A DNA stretch of 64,000 nucleotides. It comes from Synergistota bacterium. Its GTDB lineage: Bacteria; Synergistota; GBS-1. Made by a program: the position numbers and the translations under genes. The first letter of the stretch is position 1, and every line of letters begins with the position of its first letter. The notes beneath the pieces are model-generated. The model searched no databases. It saw nothing but the letters and a program-made list of their open reading frames with translations, and was not told the origin of the DNA. The stretch is from contig JANXBX010000001.1 of assembly GCA_025060595.1 (NCBI GenBank), positions 20,459 through 84,458 on the forward strand. The letters run 5' to 3'. Positions 59,244-64,000 of this stretch are shown one piece after another.

Positions 59244-60464
59244 TTAACCTCCTCCTTTACATAATATTCCAATTGCCTCTATATGAGACGTCTGAGGGAA
59301 CATATCAACCCATTTAAGGGCTACTAAATTATAGCCCGCTTCTTTCAAAACATTCGCATCCCTTGCCAAAACGGGAGGATGACAAGAAACGTAAATCAGC
59401 TTTCTTATGTTACTTCTTTTAATGGCATCTATCACTTCCTTTCCCATTCCTTCTCTAGGCGGGTCAGCAACAAGAGCCTCAGCTTCAAAATCAAATAAAA
59501 GAGAAGGGAAAATTCGCCCTACGTCTCCTCTTATAACTTCCACTTTTCCTAAAAGGCCATATCTGCGAAGATTTTCCTCCGCATCTTCAACTGCAGAACT
59601 ATTTACCTCTATAAGCTTAACCTCCTTACCATCAATAGCAAGCAACATAGCTAAAATTCCAACCCCACCATAAAGATACCATACTTTCTTAACTTCCTTA
59701 AGCTCCTTGACTATAAAAAAATAAAGCTCTTCACCTACCTTAGGATTAACCTGTGAGAAAGAATCATAAGAAAATCTAATGTCAAGATTGCACCATTTCC
59801 CAAATATATAAGGCTTTCCTTTCAAAACAGACTTCCTTTCAATTATGGAAAAAGGAAGCTCCTTAAGTTTTTCTCTCTTCCTTTTCTTCACCCCCTCCTT
59901 AATATGAACAAGAACTTCACCACTTCCATAACTACATATAATAGAAATCTCTTCCCCTTTTTCGAAACCTCTTATCTCCTCTAAACTCCTTTTAGCCTCA
60001 TTTATGGAAGACACAAGAATTGGACAATCTCCAACCCAAACAATTTCATTGGTTCCTTCTTTAAAAAAACCTAACCTTCCTCTATGATCAGAATGAAAAC
60101 GAGCTCTATATCTATAACCCCACGGCTGCCCTTCAGAAATCAATTCCGGTTTAATAGAAAAACCCCCTATTCTCTTAAAAACATCCTCTAAAACCTGATT
60201 TTTAAGGCAAATTTGAGCTTCGTAGGATATATGTTGCCAATCACACCCCCCACAAATTCCAAAATACGAACATCTTGGAGAAACTCTAAAAGGAGAAGGC
60301 TCTATGACCTCCACAATATTAGCAAAAGAATAACTTTTCCTTCTATCCTTTATCCTAGCCTCAACTACCTCTCCACTAATACCCCCTTTAACAAATATGA
60401 GACCATCCGGTGTTCGACATAATCCATATCCGCCATAAACCATCTTTTCAATAAAAAGCCTCAT
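59244..60464 (-). CDS. 23S rRNA (uracil-C5)-methyltransferase RlmD/RumA family (TRAM + [4Fe-4S] + SAM MTase)
   Basis: TRAM domain at the N-terminus, a CxxxxxxCxxC cluster (CSYFGICGGC) and a C-terminal MTase. Confidence 0.8.
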   Translation of the reverse strand: MRLFIEKMVYGGYGLCRTPDGLIFVKGGISGEVVEARIKDRRKSYSFANIVEVIEPSPFRVSPRCSYFGICGGCDWQHISYEAQICLKNQVLEDVFKRIGGFSIKPELISEGQPWGYRYRARFHSDHRGRLGFFKEGTNEIVWVGDCPILVSSINEAKRSLEEIRGFEKGEEISIICSYGSGEVLVHIKEGVKKRKREKLKELPFSIIERKSVLKGKPYIFGKWCNLDIRFSYDSFSQVNPKVGEELYFFIVKELKEVKKVWYLYGGVGILAMLLAIDGKEVKLIEVNSSAVEDAEENLRRYGLLGKVEVIRGDVGRIFPSLLFDFEAEALVADPPREGMGKEVIDAIKRSNIRKLIYVSCHPPVLARDANVLKEAGYNLVALKWVDMFPQTSHIEAIGILCKGGG

Positions 60465-61900
60465 GAAAGAGCTTTAAGCTCCTCCTCCAATACTTTTCTT
60501 ACTACAGCCGGATTAGCTTTTCCTTTCGTTACCCTCATAACCTGCCCCAAGAGAAAATTAAATGCTTTATCTTTACCACTTAAGTAAGAATGAACCGCAT
60601 CTTGATTCTCAGCTAAAACGGACTTCACCGCTTCCCTTATCGCACTTTCATCACTAACCTGCTCTAATCCTTTAGATTTAACTATTTCATGAGGAAACCT
60701 CCTCAATCTAACGGCTTCCTCAAAAACGGATTTCGCAATTTGAGCGTTTATCACCCCATTATCAAGAAGCTCCAATATTTCTTTAAGATAAGGAACCACA
60801 AAAACGCTTTCCTCTATTCTAAGATTAAGCTCATCAACTATCCTAAGAAACTCCACTTGAAGCCAATTAGAAACCTCTTTCGGCCTACCTATCTCTCTAA
60901 CACAGGTATCAAAGAGATCTCCTAGGGGCTTAGAAGAGCTTAAAACTGAAACTTCATAATCCCCTAAGCCATAGTCTCTTTTCCACCTTTCTCTTCGAGC
61001 CTTCGGAAGCTCTGGCATAGTTGCCCTTATCTCGCTAATAAGCTCATCAGTAATAGTCAATGGCAATAAATCAGGCTCAGGAAAATAACGATAATCATGA
61101 GCTTCTTCTTTACCTCTTAAAGAGGTGGTTATACCCCTTGAATCATCCCAATGTCTTGTCTCTTGAACAACTTCTCCCCCAGAAAGAATCGTATCTATCT
61201 GTCTTCTAATCTCGTAAGCCAAGGCCCTTTCAATAGCCTTAAAGGAGTTCATGTTTTTGATCTCCGTTTTTGTACCCCATTTACCATCAACGGATATAGA
61301 TATATTAGCATCACATCTTAAGGAACCTTCTTCCATATTACCATCTGAAACCCCTATATGTTGAACCAAGCTCCTTAACTCCATAACGAAAGCTTTAGCT
61401 TCCTCTGGAGAGGAAATATCAGGTTCTGTAACTATTTCTATAAGAGGGACACCACACCTGTTAAAGTCAACTAAAGAGTATTGCGCTCCTTCTAGCCTAC
61501 CAGTCTTTGTAGGGTGAACAAGCTTTCCTGCATCTTCTTCCATATGGATCCTTCTTATCCTAACTTTTTTACCATTAACTTCAAGATAACCATGCACCCC
61601 TAATGGTATATCGTACTGAGATATTTGGTAAGCTTTAGGAAGATCAGGATAGAAATAGTTCTTTCTATGAAACCTCGTTTTTCTTAATATATTACAATTT
61701 AAAGCTATAGCAGCCCTAAGGGCAAGCTTTAAAGCCTCCTTATTAAGAACAGGAAGAGAACCTGGAAGTCCTAAGCAAACAGGACAAACTATAGTATTAG
61801 GCTCCCTTCCCACATAGTCAGTAGGACAAGAACAAAAAAGCTTGGTCCTCGTGAGAAGCTGACAGTGTATTTCAAGACCTATAACAGGCTTAAGCTCCAA
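60461..61900 (-). CDS. gatB: Asp/Glu-tRNA amidotransferase subunit B
   Basis: N-terminus MELKPVIGLEIHCQL; the GatB fold continues to the YqeY-like C-terminal domain. Confidence 0.95.
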   Translation of the reverse strand: MELKPVIGLEIHCQLLTRTKLFCSCPTDYVGREPNTIVCPVCLGLPGSLPVLNKEALKLALRAAIALNCNILRKTRFHRKNYFYPDLPKAYQISQYDIPLGVHGYLEVNGKKVRIRRIHMEEDAGKLVHPTKTGRLEGAQYSLVDFNRCGVPLIEIVTEPDISSPEEAKAFVMELRSLVQHIGVSDGNMEEGSLRCDANISISVDGKWGTKTEIKNMNSFKAIERALAYEIRRQIDTILSGGEVVQETRHWDDSRGITTSLRGKEEAHDYRYFPEPDLLPLTITDELISEIRATMPELPKARRERWKRDYGLGDYEVSVLSSSKPLGDLFDTCVREIGRPKEVSNWLQVEFLRIVDELNLRIEESVFVVPYLKEILELLDNGVINAQIAKSVFEEAVRLRRFPHEIVKSKGLEQVSDESAIREAVKSVLAENQDAVHSYLSGKDKAFNFLLGQVMRVTKGKANPAVVRKVLEEELKALS

Positions 61901-61906
61901 GGAAGA

Positions 61907-63388
61907 TCACCTCCCGTATGGCCTATAAGCGTGAAGTTCTGTTTCTCTTTCAAAAGCTGATGCTACTTTCAAAAGACCAAATTCATCTAAAGCCCTACCC
62001 ATAATCTGAATTCCTATTGGTAACCCCTCTTGAGAAAAACCACCATTTATCGATATAGCAGGTATACCAGCTAAGTTAACTGGAACCGTGAATATATCCG
62101 AAAGATACATAAGTAGAGGGTCCTCCACCTTCTCCCCTATCCTAAAAGCCGGAGTTGGCGATGTAGGTGTTAGAATGTAATCTACAACTTTAAAAGCTTC
62201 ATCAAAATCCATTTTAACGAGTCTTCTAACCTTAAGAGCTTTAAGATAGAAAGCATCATAATACCCAGCACTCAGAACGTAAGTGCCTATCATTATCCTC
62301 CTTTTCACCTCATCACCAAAACCGTTTGTTCTTGTTTCAAGATACATTTCCCTCAATGACTCCCCTTTAATCCTCAAACCGTATTGTACACCGTCATATC
62401 TAGCAAGGTTAGAACTCGCCTCAGCCGGAGCAATTATGTAATAAGTAGGAAGCGCATATTCCGTATGAGGTAACGATATCTCACATATCTTTGCCCCAAG
62501 CCTTTCAAAAGCTCTCTTTGCCTCCTCTACTACTTTAGCTACCGAAGGATCAAGAGCTTCACTTATATATTCTTTTGGTATACCGAGCTTTATACCTCTA
62601 AGATCCCCAGCTTCACAGGCATCAAGATAATTAGGTAAGGACACATTAAGCGAGGTCGAGTCCATGTCATCCTTTCCAGCTATAACTTGAAGCAACAAAG
62701 CACAATCCTTAACATCCTTAGTCATAGGCCCTATCTGATCTAATGAAGAAGCATAAGCTATAAGGCCATACCTTGAAACCAAGCCGTATGTGGGTTTCAA
62801 CCCCACTATCCCACAGAAAGAAGCAGGTTGCCTAACTGATCCTCCCGTATCAGAACCCAAAGAGAGTATAGTTTCACCAGCTGCAACTGCTGCAGCCGAT
62901 CCACCGCTTGAACCACCTGGGACACGTTCCAAACACCAAGGATTTCTTGTAGGACCAAATGCCGAGTTTTCCGTTGATGAGCCCATAGCAAACTCATCTA
63001 GGTTGGTTTTGCCTATAATTATAGCTCCGGCCTTTTTAACCCTATTTACAACAGTAGCATCATATGGAGGATAAAAACCTTTTAAAATCTTAGAGGCACA
63101 AGTAGTTTCTACACCTTTGGTGCAGATGATATCCTTGATCGCAATCGGAATTCCTCCCAAGGGAAGATCTTCACCCTTTTCTAATCTTCCTCTAATAATT
63201 TTTGCTTGATCATAAGCTTCTTCTTTCAAAATCGTTATATAGGAATGCAGATCCCTTTCAACCTCATCTATTCTTCTAAAAATGGAATCGAGTATATCCT
63301 CTGGAATTATCTCCTTTTTATCTATCATCTCCTTAAGTCTCCATGCAGGTAGATCACATAGTTCCAAGTTATATCCCTCCTCATTCAA
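61907..63388 (-). CDS. gatA: Glutamyl-tRNA(Gln) amidotransferase subunit A (amidase signature)
   Basis: Amidase signature GGSSGGSAAAVA; KD..C..G catalytic context. Confidence 0.95.
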   Translation of the reverse strand: MNEEGYNLELCDLPAWRLKEMIDKKEIIPEDILDSIFRRIDEVERDLHSYITILKEEAYDQAKIIRGRLEKGEDLPLGGIPIAIKDIICTKGVETTCASKILKGFYPPYDATVVNRVKKAGAIIIGKTNLDEFAMGSSTENSAFGPTRNPWCLERVPGGSSGGSAAAVAAGETILSLGSDTGGSVRQPASFCGIVGLKPTYGLVSRYGLIAYASSLDQIGPMTKDVKDCALLLQVIAGKDDMDSTSLNVSLPNYLDACEAGDLRGIKLGIPKEYISEALDPSVAKVVEEAKRAFERLGAKICEISLPHTEYALPTYYIIAPAEASSNLARYDGVQYGLRIKGESLREMYLETRTNGFGDEVKRRIMIGTYVLSAGYYDAFYLKALKVRRLVKMDFDEAFKVVDYILTPTSPTPAFRIGEKVEDPLLMYLSDIFTVPVNLAGIPAISINGGFSQEGLPIGIQIMGRALDEFGLLKVASAFERETELHAYRPYGR

Positions 63389-63668
63389 CTATTCTAGGAA
63401 CCTTTATATAACCAAATTCCCTTTCCGGAGCCATTTTTAAAACATCTTCTTGATCAAGACCTTCCCTAACTTCATCTTCTCTTAAAGGAGTCGACTCTTC
63501 TATAACATGACTTAGAGGCTCAATTTGCGTGGTATCAAGCTCTTGCAACTTAGTGAAATAATCAAGAATTCTACTAAAATGCTTAAGCATTTTCTCTTTC
63601 TCTTCTCCTTTCAAATCCAGATTAGCTAATTTCATAACGTGCTCTACATCTTCCATAGTTACTCTCAT
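63381..63668 (-). CDS. gatC: Asp/Glu-tRNA amidotransferase subunit C
   Basis: About 95 aa, overlapping gatA. The ATG at 63668 has AAGGAGG Shine-Dalgarno 9 nt upstream. The ORF-track TTG at 63677 has no Shine-Dalgarno. Confidence 0.85.
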   Translation of the reverse strand: MRVTMEDVEHVMKLANLDLKGEEKEKMLKHFSRILDYFTKLQELDTTQIEPLSHVIEESTPLREDEVREGLDQEDVLKMAPEREFGYIKVPRIVE

Positions 63669-63682
63669 AAAATCCAACCTCC

Positions 63683-64000
63683 TTAAAAGAGAGTAAGTCC
63701 CTTCTCCCGTTTAACCTCCACTCCTGCTTCCTTCAATTTCTCAAGAAACTCTTCTTCCTTCAAAATAGGAATTCCTAAAAGCAGAGCCTTATCATACTTG
63801 GAACCAGGGTTCTCCCCAACTATGACTAAATTAGTTTTTCCGCTTACGTTATCCAAAACCTGTGCTCCAAGACTCTCGACAAGCTGAGAAGCTTGTGCTC
63901 GAGTAAAATTCTTAAGCTCCCCAGTGAAAACTACAGTTTTACCTTTGAAAAAGTTTTCCCTAATTTCCTTAGGAATCTCTTTCTCTTTACCAAGATTTAC
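63683..64000 (-). CDS. ligA: NAD-dependent DNA ligase LigA, C-terminal BRCT domain (5' part lies outside the window)
   Basis: My translation reads ...[69 protein letters not shown]..., which is BRCT-like. Stop at 63683. Confidence 0.65.
   Translation of the reverse strand, partial: VNLGKEKEIPKEIRENFFKGKTVVFTGELKNFTRAQASQLVESLGAQVLDNVSGKTNLVIVGENPGSKYDKALLLGIPILKEEEFLEKLKEAGVEVKREKGLTLF

Noticed and set aside
1-64000. CRISPR arrays, tRNA/rRNA genes, IS elements or integrases
   Set aside because: No direct-repeat/spacer periodicity, tRNA-like T-loop sequences, transposase or integrase ORFs were seen. Coding density leaves no room except 44066-44603, which lacks such signatures.

Overview
The window is almost wall-to-wall protein-coding (about 68 CDS, mostly on the minus strand). 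It is AT-rich with K/I/E-rich proteins, which points to an anaerobic, probably thermophilic bacterium (gatCAB, murJ, glmM and cdaA are bacterial hallmarks). I found no rRNA, tRNA, CRISPR array or mobile element.

The dominant content is an energy-metabolism island:
- A 14-gene Mbh-type membrane-bound [NiFe] hydrogenase plus Mrp antiporter module (15120-23128), in the same subunit order as Pyrococcus MbhA-N, with a HycI-type maturation protease.
- A four-subunit pyruvate:ferredoxin oxidoreductase, porGDAB (25726-28713).
- A Lct-like lactate module (29453-34675): GntR regulator, EtfB, EtfA, FAD-dependent lactate dehydrogenase and lactate racemase LarA, preceded by a 28-bp perfect palindromic operator.
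Together these read as a lactate to pyruvate to reduced ferredoxin to H2 chain.

Other notable content:
- A c-di-AMP operon (TPR-cdaA-cdaR-glmM) fused without gaps to trkA-trkH.
- Two TRAP transporters.
- An acoAB-like E1 alpha/beta pair with an AcoX-like protein and an SDR.
- An EutA-like / Fe-ADH / hydantoinase-like / AcuC-like deacetylase cluster.
- ilvD and two aminotransferases.
- A TtuA-like tRNA thiolase divergent from a PflX-like radical-SAM gene.
- argF-like OTCase, a COG3457-like racemase and NhaC.
- An archaeal-type apgM, an EF-G paralogue, rumA-like, gatB, gatA, gatC and the 3' end of ligA.
- A small globin-sensor protein that carries only the tip segment of an MCP signalling domain, followed by an unknown membrane protein, between the hydrogenase and POR blocks.

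Many ORF-track start sites look too far upstream. I refined them using Shine-Dalgarno positions and conserved N-termini.
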